A stretch of DNA of 61,280 nucleotides, the filler included, from Porpidia crustulata (taxonomy: Eukaryota), in NCBI GenBank assembly GCA_964255105.1. It is 4 parts of 4 records of this genome, joined end to end, with 100 filler letters (N's around TTAATTAATTAA, not from the genome) between each part and the next. Parts side by side here need not be neighbours in the genome. Positions count along the whole stretch, not along the records: positions 15,370 to 30,615 come from CAXUWE010000327.1; positions 30,716 to 45,954 come from CAXUWE010000328.1; 2 more parts are not named here. The stretch is one strand, 5' to 3'. A model generated the notes under the pieces. The model searched no databases, was not told the origin of the DNA, and was given only the letters and a program-made list of their open reading frames with translations. A program made the position numbers and the translations under genes. Positions 26,601-38,465 of the stretch are shown in pieces (the first letter of the stretch is position 1; each line of letters begins with the position of its first letter).

Positions 26601-29600
26601 CTTATGAAGCGATGCGGAGTACGCGGATAATGTCTGCAAGCTACGCAGGGCAACTACCTTAAGGTGCTAAGGTAGGTACCTAGGTCGGTACGTACGTAGG
26701 CTAATTATCCCGAACTAAGCGAAACGCATGCAAGTTGAGCTCAATGCAGAAGGATCAGCGTCGACTTTCGACGGACTGGCATTGAGTGTGACACTGAATC
26801 CTTCGAAACCCCATGTAATTAATGATTACACCGAGTATGAAATGTGGCCAGCCAGAAAATTGATTCTTCAAACCCTAGCAGAGCTGCATCTATCGACGCG
26901 CATCATCCACACTCGTTCTCTTCAATCACAATTGCGTGCAATCACATTCGGACTTGGCTTAGTCACAGAGTGCATCCGTCCATCAGTCCCGTTCATTTCT
27001 TCTCTCATGTCCCAAATGATGCAAAGTGAGACTGGAGGGCTTACCGTCGAGGCACTGAAACATTGGCAAGCCACTGATGACGCTGCGTAGAGTCGATTGA
27101 CTCGATGGTTGGGAATTGGACGGAAATGCCATCAAGGGGGCAAATGACAACCGGATGTGTGGAATTTGGCCAAATTGAAGTATTGAGTCTCAGAATTCCA
27201 ATCGAATTGTGACATGAGGGGTGACATAAGGGATCGCCACAGTAATCAGACAATGGGTACTGTTGATGGTACATTCCCGGTAAGGCACGACACGTAAAGT
27301 CGGGTGCATCGAGGCTGGTCTGGCTACTGCATTCTGATGTCACTCGATCCCCGATTCTGGGGACAACAGTAATTGCTCATGAATATGAAATCTCGGTGGG
27401 TATTCCATATTGTAATAGACTGCTATATCACGGGACAACTTCTGAGAAAACGTACGCGTTCTCTAGACCAATGGAATCTCTCGAGCACCCTTTCTTTGAT
27501 ACGTAGCATCGGATTCTCACTTACGTCTTGGAAGTTCTCCAGCACTAACCAACGACGTAAACCCTCCGTTCTACAGCCCTACAATCGTACAATTACCTAA
27601 GTGGTCTTGAATGAATATAGAGACAAAGAATAGCAATAGAGCTAGCTGGTACATAGCCGCGAGAGGTATACGAGAAGCAACCGGAGAAACCATCCTTCCC
27701 GCTACAAGTCTCTAAGTCGTGCTCCTTCTGTTCAGGCCCTTTAACAGTGTCTTTCTGTTGTTTCCACATGTATCCCTACTCATCTTGCTGGAAGCAGCCA
27801 TTGCTTGCATGCAATCATCACGCCTCAGTCCATCACCTTCTAGCCAGCTTCTTGAGGGACGATAAGGTGGAAGATGGAGGAGACAGCGGGCATAAATGGT
27901 GGCAGCGTGTGAAGCATACTGACATTTTCCAGAAGATTTAGCTAATAAACATATTCTGGAGGGAAGGTGAACTAGTACAATCAACAGCTGTGCGCCAACG
28001 CGTGGATTCTAGACTGCCTTCGAATAGGTACGGCGTGGAATCAAGGGCACATACTCGGACGACCTTGAAGGCCTACGCCTAAGTCCACGATTAGGTTCAA
28101 CAGCTTGACGCTAATTGGTGACTGTCAGGAATCATCTTTTCCGATTATTCCTTTACACCAGCAGCTCTGAAACGACCAGATCCTATCGCACAGCCAGAAA
28201 TCTTGTGCCGCAAGAACTACGTACTTCTCACATGCTAATAGCACACACCTCCCAAGGCCTATCGGAGTAGGAGTGGTAAATCCGAAGCCGCAGTTGCGCG
28301 TAAAAGCTGTGGAGGGCGGTCTTCGATGTCTCGTTGCTAATCCTCTTCTTTAACAGCCTTCGACGACTCAATATTGATCTTGAAGCGCCAGTCTCGCCGC
28401 AAGTCATCTACCTCCTTGGTTTCCCTGGACCACAATCTCCGCCACGATCAACCCCCCGGTCCGTAGCCTATCCTGTAGCCTACCCAGCTATGAAGACATC
28501 ATCCCTGTCTATCAGGCAGAATTCTAGCAGTGCACATGCAATAGCGGCGGTAGAACCGATCCCCAACCGCTTGTCTGTACAACATCCAGATCCAAACTCC
28601 AGCCAGGATCTCCCTGTCACAACATTGATCTTGCTACGAATCTTACAACGGATGTAGCCAACCACACCGTGTTCCCTTTACAACCATTTTATAGGCTTGA
28701 CGGATCACAATCGAGGCCCCAGCTTTACCTAAGCTTGGGTCAATGCGAAGTTTGGTCCCGTCCTGCACATCATCACCTCAAACGAGAATCACAGTTATGG
28801 CTACCATCTCAACGGCAGCAACGCATTCCTGAGCATCGACTAGGAGAACCAAGTCAGCTTATGAACGCGCCTCCGTTGCAGATCCTTGAAACATACCTAT
28901 CAAGTTGTCCAAACGCCCTCATGAGTCAATTGATTGGACCTAACTTGGCATTTTGACTCGTTGTCTACAGGAACTCGGTCCAACGAAGCCAACACTTCAT
29001 TTAAACATACGTACAAGCATGTCTCAAATCACAGTGCCGTCTGGCGTCTCTGTTGCCGTGATTACAGCACATCTAGTTGCCAGCCTTCATGATTTCCTTT
29101 CATTCCACACCCACACCGAATATGAAGCTGTGTAATTGCAAATGCACCGGCTTTGAATCCGTGCCGCCACTTCCACCAAGATCGCCGATCTCTTTACTTT
29201 CAATACGGGTCATGGGTAGCCTATGAGGTAGAAGCAGGAAGGATGACTGATTCATTACATTGGTCATCGTAGTATTACGAATGTTGACCAAAGGCATCAG
29301 CCTCATTTCCGGTGTAGCCCTCAGTATTCTGCCAAATTCCCTTCAGTAGTATATCAAATAGGCGGTCACTGTCTAAAAGAATCTTATACTAGCCCGAAGA
29401 TCAGTTTACGATATCGCGTATGTGGGAAGACTCTGTAAAATCCAAGGCGGTCAGTCATAAAAACATCTGGATTGCTTCGACCTACGACTGGATTGACGAT
29501 GCTTTCAGTATCAGAAGAAATTGCCCACCCATTTTAAAGCACGAGAATGAAAATCCACAGACAGCGCAGTCCTTGCTATCAGCTCTTGAGTAAACTCCAT

Positions 29601-30615
29601 CTCTCCCAACCATGGATAAGCAAAGTCGTACACAATATCTATTTTTCGCCTTGTACACCTATTGCTACCAAGCTGACCTCAATACAATCATAGGGCAAAC
29701 CTCCTGTCGCCTTTTTTCCTTCAAAACCACCGTAAATATACCATTACAGGCGCAAGTTTTACGGAACAGACCAGATGCTCTTAGTCCCTACGCTCCAGAA
29801 CAAGAAGCAGAAGAACAGCTTCGCGCAAAGGCAACGACGACAAAGCCGAGAAGAGAATCTTTACGTGTCACTGAGATTGTAGAATGAATGATGTCAGGTC
29901 TGCATAACGCAAAGCGCTGGTCCCTTCAATCCATGGCTATGTGGATGGACTGTATTGCAAACATTTGCTGACAAGGGGCAACTCCCAACCAGGAGGTATG
30001 GGTTCCAGCTTTCCAAAGTCTCATCCTAGCCGTTGTCTCGCACCCCATTGCATCATCACTAGAGAAAAGAAGCATCCAATTCCGGGACCTGGTAGTGTGT
30101 GTGGCTATTAGGTTTCCTCTTGTCATCTCTTCTACAACGCTGTGGTCTTTTTGTTTGTCCTCCGTACTCCCTTTTTTCTTCTAAGTTCTATATTTAAATC
30201 ACGAGATAGTCGGAGATCCTGCTAACTAAACCCTTTCATCCTCTCCCCGTTCCTCCTTTCACTTCTCCGTCAGTCTCACCTAAAGCCCTGACCCTCGACC
30301 CCGATCCTCCAAGACCACGATTCCAGTCCAAGAAGAACCATCAAGGACTCCAGCTCGGCGCTTTGGACTTCTCCCTTCTCCCAGCCAAGCCTGGTAAATT
30401 TTCTGCTCTCCGCTAAGATGTCACCCTGGGTTACCCAAAAAAGAAGGGGAAAAAAAGACGCAGTCGCCAGGGGCAGCCGAAACCGCCGAAAATCCAAACC
30501 CAGAACATCACCATCCTTGCGAATTCCATTCGAAACGGGCGTTGCACCTGATAAACCTTTACAAACCCAACATGTTTCCGTCTGCTTGTCATTCCTTGGC
30601 GCAATCCATCTAAAC

Positions 30616-30715
30616 NNNNNNNNNNNNNNNNNNNNNNNNNNNNNNNNNNNNNNNNNNNNTTAATTAATTAANNNNNNNNNNNNNNNNNNNNNNNNNNNNN
30701 NNNNNNNNNNNNNNN
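30616..30715. other. Artificial contig spacer
   Basis: 44 N + TTAATTAATTAA + 44 N. Confidence 0.98.
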
Positions 30716-32016
30716 GTCTGCTGGGGGTTAGTTGTTTGATGGGGTATGAATGCGGGGATGGGAGGCTTACGCCTCCGGGGAGCCATTCGCCGGCGACGGT
30801 GTCTCCGCCTGGGGGAACGGTACGGGGGTGGCCCCAGGGAACTGCGGCACTGACTCGGAGACCTTCGGAGATGACGGCGTTCAGGTACGGGAGTTTCTCG
30901 CAGGATGAATATGTGATTTCGGATTCGGTTTGGAAGGAGCCTCGGACTTCCGTGACGAGCTGCTTCAGGACATCCGGTTCCTGCAGGAGGCCGAGGGTTA
31001 GACCGACTAAGCTGGTAGCTGTAGTCTCGCTGCCAGCGATGAGAATTAACGGGAAGCTGGACTCGATCTCCGGGATCGACATTCCTTTTTCATTGTTATA
31101 TCGTAGCACGGCCTTCATGAAGTCGGGCGTATCAACTGTGGAATTGAGACGTTGATGGACTTTGGCCTGGGCTTTCTTGAAGATCTGAGCACGGCGGTAA
31201 AGGGCTTTTTTCGGCGTCATCATCCGCATGAAGCGGTCCAGCCAGGGAAAGTATCGACAAGATGTGCTGAGCGTGGTGTATAGAAATTGCCCTACCAGCA
31301 TTTCACACCAGGGACGTTCTGTTTCATCTCTCAACGTTGCAAATGACTGACTGAATGCAAGGTAGCCAACAATATCGAATGTTAGCCAATGAAACCATTG
31401 AGTCATGTCGAAGACATCCGCTTTCGAGGCAATTTTGGCACGCATTTGTTCAATGAAGAGATCGACTTGCGTACGAACGAGATATTCTTGTTCCCGCATC
31501 ATCTTGTCCGAGAAGGAATTGTTCAGAAGCTTCTTGATCCGGGCATGATCTTCATCATTGGCACTGAAGATTGAGTCCACCCCATTCATAGTCTTGTTGA
31601 GCCAAAGGGAGTTCTTTTGAAAGGTCTGATGACCTTGTCGATGAAGATAGATATCTCTCCAGGCGGCTCCGTCCGTGAAAGACAGCTCATCAGGTGCGAG
31701 TCGGACAATATGGCTTCCATAATATTCATGATACTCTTTGCTCAGCTGGACAATTCGACCTCTGCGCATAGCAAGTACATAGGGGATCCGGGAGGCTCTC
31801 CAAAGCCATGGTCCTGGAAAACGTGCAAGCGGATGGAAATAGACGTTGTAGATAAGAGAGCCGATATAGTATATCAGGAACTTGGACAGCCATCAGCGGC
31901 GTCAACACAACCTCAAAGAGCTTCTATCCTACCAGACCAAGAGATAACCCAGAGAGAATTTTGGTATTCTGTATAGTGACCCAGGTAGCAGCAATGGTGG
32001 GATCGAGGATGGCCAT
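30716..32016 (-). CDS. Cytochrome P450 (CYP65-like, secondary-metabolism type); heme-Cys exon lost at the contig end
   Basis: YNVYFHPLARFPGP, IVRLAPDELSF, I-helix AGSETT, ExxR (EGLR) and PRTVPPGG. Confidence 0.92.
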
Positions 32017-33240
32017 AACGATGATCGGATAAGACACTTGACTCTGAAATGGAGCGAGAAATGAAGTAGGAACACGAGGAGATGAGTGGAAAGTAGCTAG
32101 CTACAAGACAAAGCTCAAATTCAAGAGACACGGGGATCCTCTCTTGAGGCGGGGAACAGGTTCAGTATCAAACACGCCCGTGGTGTTATCGCACAGTACA
32201 GACGGCTTATTGTGGGGAATCCTTCTTCGTCTGTGGGGGCGTTGGGAGTCTTGGCTTTATTACGATAGCTTATGCTCTTCACCTATCTCCTAATCTATGG
32301 TTTCAATCGTTAGCCTTGAGCCGGCACTACTTTGTATAGCATGGCTGTTACTAGAAATAATCTGATAACATCCGGCGCACTTGGAAGTAACGACATAGAG
32401 GTGGTCCGGCCGCGTGGCATTGGTTGCATGTAGTGAGGCACAGTCTGTATGCACTCGTCGAGGTTGCATATGCAGTTGGAATCTCCGGACCTACTAGCTG
32501 CTTCTCGCACAGTAAGTCGTCAATCGTGATGGATGGCATAAGTGGGACAGAATGCGGTGAACGCAATCAACCGATGAGGTTGAGATTGGTTTATTACCAA
32601 TGATATGACATAATATCTTACCTGCATGTCTTTCCACCGTTGCATGATGACTTTGATGGTTGCGCGTACTTTAGACACGGTATTGGCATTGGTGGTAGCC
32701 GAGCGTATTATCTTGATCGTTCGCATACACACTCGTGTCTAGTCGTCCTTACGAGGCTCAAATTCGTCTGACCCGAGCCCGGCTCCCAAATACATATCGA
32801 GTCGTACTGCAGACGGTTCCGTACTTTGGTGCCTTGTGCACTGGAATACCTCCGTGCCTGATAAATCTAGCCTATCAAGAACTTGCCAGCGCTCACTTGG
32901 TCCGATACCCTGCGCATTACGGTGCATGAAACGGGCCCTGCTTTGATAGCCGGTTTCCTCTAACTCTCTCACTCCATCCTGTAATCCACCGCGGGTCCGG
33001 TCGTGCGCGGACTATTACTCGAACTGTAGAGTAGATAATCCTCCTCTCCACGTGGCTGCAGATCGGTCGACTTGTACAATCCGCTAAAGAAGCGTCTAGC
33101 ATTTAAGCCCCCAATGCCAATCTTTCTCTTAGTGGTATTTGGGTTCTTGTATATTACCGCCGTATCATATCTCCCTCCAACGTCTATAATCTGACTTCTC
33201 TCATGTCATCCATGCCAACTCTATCTTGTCTATGCGATTT

Positions 33241-34367
33241 TCACATGTAACGCTTCAAAACTATCGATCTCAAGCCCGCTAAATGCACAACCTGGGCACA
33301 GTTGACAAGGATATGAAAGATCTGATGGCTGGCACCCTGATTTGATCAGACCATTTAAATTCCACACCGGTCGTCGGCATAGTGGCATGGGAGACTTACC
33401 CAGATGTCAAATACTCCTGGCCACAGCTTTTCTGGTGTCCTGGTGACGTAGAAAGTAGTTCCTGTTAGGTAAAGTAAAGATGATAGATTAATGTAGCTTA
33501 TCGGAAAGCTATCGAAACCTGCGAATCCATACTGGATGAAGGCATGAATGATAGGTGCAAAACCACTACATCCTAACGCAATAAACACCACGGCCCTGGT
33601 CCTCATGTTAGAGAGTAGGACTTGACATCTCCTCTTTGGCTTACCTTAGGAATGCACCACTGTTCCCGTCGATATGAGGGTCCAGCACAACCCAGAACGT
33701 AGCGATACCGCAGGCGATGATGAGAGAGATATAGAACGTCTGCAGGAATTCGTTATCGTAGAGTCCAAAGTAGGTGGAAGATATGCAGGTCGATGTAATA
33801 TTGAGAACGATTCCCAGATAGTCCAGTTTGAGATGACGGCGGGCGACTTCTTGAGAGTGACAGCTAGTGCAATGGAAAAAGGCCTCGAGAATTGTCAGAT
33901 GTTGTTCGAAGCACGCCGGATTAAACAGTCCTAGGAAAATTGAACTCAACATTCATACTGACCGAGAAAAAGAGGCAACCAGTTGCGCCGGCGAGGTATG
34001 ACTGCACAGCCCAAGTATCCGAGGACGAGATTTTGGGGCAGTCATGAAGTATAGAATAGTCAGTGGCGAGCAACAACGACACAAAGAAGAGGCCAACAAG
34101 TAGATGCGACCATATATTGACAGTCTCATTATGCAGATAGAACAGCGACTTGTAGCATCTGCCGAAAGAGTTCAACTGCTTTCGATATCCACCGCGAATG
34201 AATGGGTCGATTTGCATCCACTCCGGTAGGTCCTCGAATGACACGACATGTTGCAGCGCTTCCAAGGTTTGGTCCTTCAGGTGTATGGCTTGGTCCTTGA
34301 GTTCGGCAATCTCGTCAACTACATCCGTCACACTCTCTCCAACGGTCACGATGTTGTTTCTCATCAT
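33241..34367 (-). CDS. PAQR / hemolysin-III (AdipoR/Izh-like, CREST superfamily) membrane protein
   Basis: LPEWMQ..FIRGGYR, HNETVNIWSH, S-AFFH, LDYLGI, PEKLWPGVFDIW and GASHQIFH. Three introns. Confidence 0.92.
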
Positions 34368-35182
34368 CGTTGCTGCCAGCGTGCACGCTATGCTGACGCT
34401 GTAATGAGTGAAAATAACGAGAACAGTGTTTCATTTCGGGTCTCCATATTTTAGGGTATGATCCAATCCGAGTAGTTGTTCGAGTGGCTTTCTTTTCGCT
34501 CACTTTTGTGGGCCTAGACGGATTGAACTCCGAAAATCCCATTGCTTGGAAGAAGCTAGCAGTGAGTAAGCGCTGTTTCACTAGCCATCCGTTCAATGCA
34601 ACGATATCGATGCATAAGACATGAGGTTAGCCCGCTGTACAGCGGAAGCGTAAAGCGATACAAGTGGCTTGTAATAAACCACCGTGCCACCGCGCGGGAA
34701 CGCAACTTAGTTGATCCTCGGCCGGGGCTTAGAGCGGGAGAAAGAACCCTATTTCTAATTCTACCACATTTTGCATGATTACCGGCACGGTATGTGTTGG
34801 GCGATCCTGGCTGATCTCCTCCTTAATTCCGATTATGACGGTAATTTTGACCGATTGTAAAACACCGGAAATCCTTATCGAGTCTGTGGTTTTTGGGCTT
34901 GCATATGGCGTCCTCTACCGCTTACTTACGTGACAGATTCCCCTTGATTAGGTGTGCTTTTAGAAAAGTATATTACTCTCAATCCATGATCCATGGATAC
35001 TTGAATGTCAGCCAAAAAGAAGCCTCGGCTCAAGATCGGACCACTCGGCGGGATCTTTCCGCTCCCGAGAGCCCCGCGGAACGTGGAATTATTCCGTGTT
35101 CGCCATTGTTCGTTCTTCCAACAACCCTCGAGCTCTTGAGTCTTGCGTTCAAACAGTGACATCCGACAACCACCTTGCCATC

Positions 35183-35899
35183 ATGCCTTCACCCAAGAAC
35201 CAGGCGATTGATCCAGTCGTCGCATCTTCTTACTTCCATCCCGATGGCGGTGAGTTCTATAAGAATTCACGGCAAAAGGTCGTCGCGCAAGCTACGGCAA
35301 TGGGCTACGATGCACCAACTTTCAGAGAGCACGGTGTGGACTGGGCCAATGACCAGGATCCGTTTGGCCACGTAGGCGGTGCGACCTATTCACGTCTGGT
35401 GTATTCCTGTAATTTCCGTCTCTTCGAAAGTTTTGCCAAAACTCTGAAAGACAAATACGAGGATCTTTATCGCGCTCGCGGAGTTGGCGTGCTGACCAAG
35501 TCGTACTCGATGGATTTGAAGCGCCAAGTCACGTATCCGGACTCCGTAAGTAGATCTGTGATCCTGTGCAAGGGTCCGAAACAATGTCTGGCGGCAGGAG
35601 TTTGCTGACTACTAATCGTACAGCTAATGACGGCCGCTCGTATCACGGAGGTCAAGCCCGATCGTTACTTTTGTGTCACCTCCATCTGGAGTTATCAACA
35701 ACAAGCCATTGTGGCAGAAAGCAGTGGATACGTCGTCTTCTTTGACTATCGGAAGGGCCAGGTTGCCAATTTGGTTGAATATGGGGGTGTATACGCCGAC
35801 TTGCATGCAGATTTGACCGAGCGTTCGAAGAAGGCAAACGAGCTGAACGCAAGGTGGATCGTTGATAATCCAAGGAAGAGCAAGGGACCGAAGCTTTGA
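35183..35899 (+). CDS. Hotdog-fold thioesterase (4HBT-like)
   Basis: VDWANDQDPFGHV motif, GVLTKS..DLKRQVTYPD and VFFDYRKG. Intron 35546-35623. Confidence 0.8.
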
Positions 35900-36126
35900 T
35901 GTTTCTCAGAATGGTGCTATCTTAATTGTTACCTATTGATTCCGGATGGCATATCAAGTCCACAAATATCACTTCTCCTGTGGCGCACAATTTGTAGTCT
36001 TCGATACAGTGCCTGCAAATCGACATCACTCAGTCATGTGATTTTAGATATTTCAAAATTCCGTGATAGAGAATAATGGAAATTAATTCATAAAGGGCAT
36101 TTGATTCAGGCAAATCGAGGGAAATT

Positions 36127-37310
36127 TCAGATCCTCTCACAAGGTCTTTCGTATCGGGCAACCATGGGTTCAACGTCTAGACCATCACCATCACCTGGTG
36201 GGTATGGTCTCTGGATTTGGAAGCCGATATGGTGGCTCATACGATCAATCAAGTGATTTGCCTCTGCAGACCAGTACTATTTAGAGAGTTAGTGTGAACC
36301 CCGTACAATCGCCCCGTACAATCGGTGGAGGATGATTCATACCGGCAATTCTCTGCGCATGTACGCTGTTGGCAGATCCTCATCAACATAGAAGCGACGT
36401 ACATCTTCTACGTAAAGCGTACTGAGCCCATGCTTGCCCAAGCGTCCCAGCACGCCTACGAGATTGGTGTATTGTGCACTAGATATCATTAGCTGGTAAA
36501 TACAGCAGGGCAACAATAAATCATACAGTGAACATATCGCTCCCCTGTTACCGAAGCGAAAATTGGGATTCTCTTGAACGCTTTGGTTGTGACGTAGGTG
36601 ATGATGCTCGGCAAGATCCTCAAGGCTCAGAGTCTCGTTGTCTTTGGAAAATCTCAACAAGGATTCAAGTAGGGTCATATTGATATTGACATTTTCGCCA
36701 ATACCGCGGTCATTGCGAGTGGGTGCTGCTGGGCAATTGATGATATATTGGACCTGATCATCCTACTACTTGTTTAGCAATTTCTCCCAAGTTATTACCA
36801 GCACACCTTACATTGAAGAAGTCAAGATCAATTTGGGCGGGCCAACCGTGAGCTTGGAAGGTAGGCTCAATCACAAGCATGCTCTGGATTCGTCAACTAA
36901 GAATGAATCAATTTTCTGCTGGGCTGGCTTACATTATCCTCCCCAAAATTATAGACGTCTCTAACAGCCCGATATAGACTTTCATAGGTGATGTTCCGGC
37001 CAGATCGGTTTATGTAGCCTCTATTGGCTAACATATTGATAGCAGGACAGGAAGAACGTCTGTAATATCCATCGTCTGATCCATTATGAAGCTGCTTGAA
37101 CCAATTGACATGTTCATCAATAGGTAAAGGTTTCTTGTAGGGAACTGGGTTTGCTGGGTCAGGATACCACGGCTTGTTGTGAACTCTACCTGAGCTCTCT
37201 GCGAGTGGTTTCTGCGGAGAGCGCAAAGAGAATCCATATCCCACGGAAGAAGATGCCAATCCCAAAATGAGTACAAGGAGTGAATATGTTCGAAGACTAT
37301 GCAGCTCCAT
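36127..37310 (-). CDS. Secreted heme-thiolate peroxidase/peroxygenase-fold protein (Peroxidase_2) with atypical active site
   Basis: Signal peptide; RSSCPAINMLANRGYINRSG (canonical RxPCPxLNxLANHG); R...S..ENPNFRF; FYVDEDLP. Five exons can be assembled with canonical splice sites. Confidence 0.85.
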
Positions 37311-38465
37311 GATCCGAAGAGCATGAGAAGAGAGCAGAGATATCGCAAGACTTAGCCTCCTTAGAGACCCCGATATACTTTGGCAAAGTAGACCAATATG
37401 TTCGCGGGAATGATTGGCTCTCTGATAGATCAAGGTAGAGAATGAACGTAATATGTCGTTCTGCTGCTGCTATCGATAAGGATCCTCTTAGCGGGCAAGG
37501 TAAAGGACGAGTGCTTGGTTCATCAAGAGTCCAATTACAAATGCTGTATGCTGGAAGTCCGCTGTAATATATGATTTGAAAAATACAAAGTTGTAATACA
37601 ATACAATGCAATGTTACGGGCGCCGGCCAACAAAGCAAAAACTCCACAAAGACCATTGACGAGCGAGCATCACCTTAATCTCCGGGTAGGCTGGAGGACA
37701 AATAACACAGTGTGGGGGCTCTAGCTAGAATGATTTGTGGAGTCTTAGGCTGATACGCTGCATGCGCACCAAGCTTACCGTCGATGGGGCGATTTTCCTT
37801 GCTGACCACCATAAGCACATCATTATAGCTCGTGCAAAAGGCGAACGCCCAGCATTTCGTGTCTCCGTTCTTGCATACAGAGACCCGCTCATTGCTTAGC
37901 ACTGCAGTTCTTATCTTCCAGACCGCAAATTCTCGCTATGGAAGGTCGGAAAAGTACAGGAATATCCCTTATGAAGCACTCGGCGGCCCACGGCAGGAAG
38001 CCAATGAACTTGAGACATGAGACATGGGACACGCCAGTAATGTTGTCGACTTAGCTGAGATCGAAAAACCCTAGAAATTCAATAGGATTCTTGCTCATGA
38101 TTCGGAGTCTTGTCCGATTGTGTGGTTTAATTCTTAGCAGACCATGCACCGAATCACAGGGGTCCAAACTTTCCGAAGAGGCGTAGTCTGCGTGATGCTT
38201 GTTCTCACGTGTGTTTAGAGAAATCGGGTAGATAGGTCTCTGATACCTGCTTTGCAATATGAGAGACTCTTTTGCTCCTCTGGGCGAGGATCGACTTGGT
38301 AGTCTCACTGGAGTAAATTTGATGCTCAATTTCTGCGGTCATCCACGACACTTAAATCCTTCTGTTGCTTCTGATACTTCAGTATTTCTTCAGACAGTCT
38401 TGACGCTTGACCGTATTCTTCAATAGAATATATCCTATCTGTATACGTTCTCATTTTGCTTCCAA

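Noticed and set aside
26654..26702. Cluster of short palindromes (CCTTAAGG, TAGGTACCTA, TACGTACGTA)
   Set aside because: TAGGTA/TACGTA-rich tracts are common in fungal intergenic DNA, and nothing else supports a function.
36299..36324. 13-bp tandem duplication CCCCGTACAATCG x2
   Set aside because: It lies inside the last intron of the heme-thiolate gene and looks like an ordinary slippage duplication.
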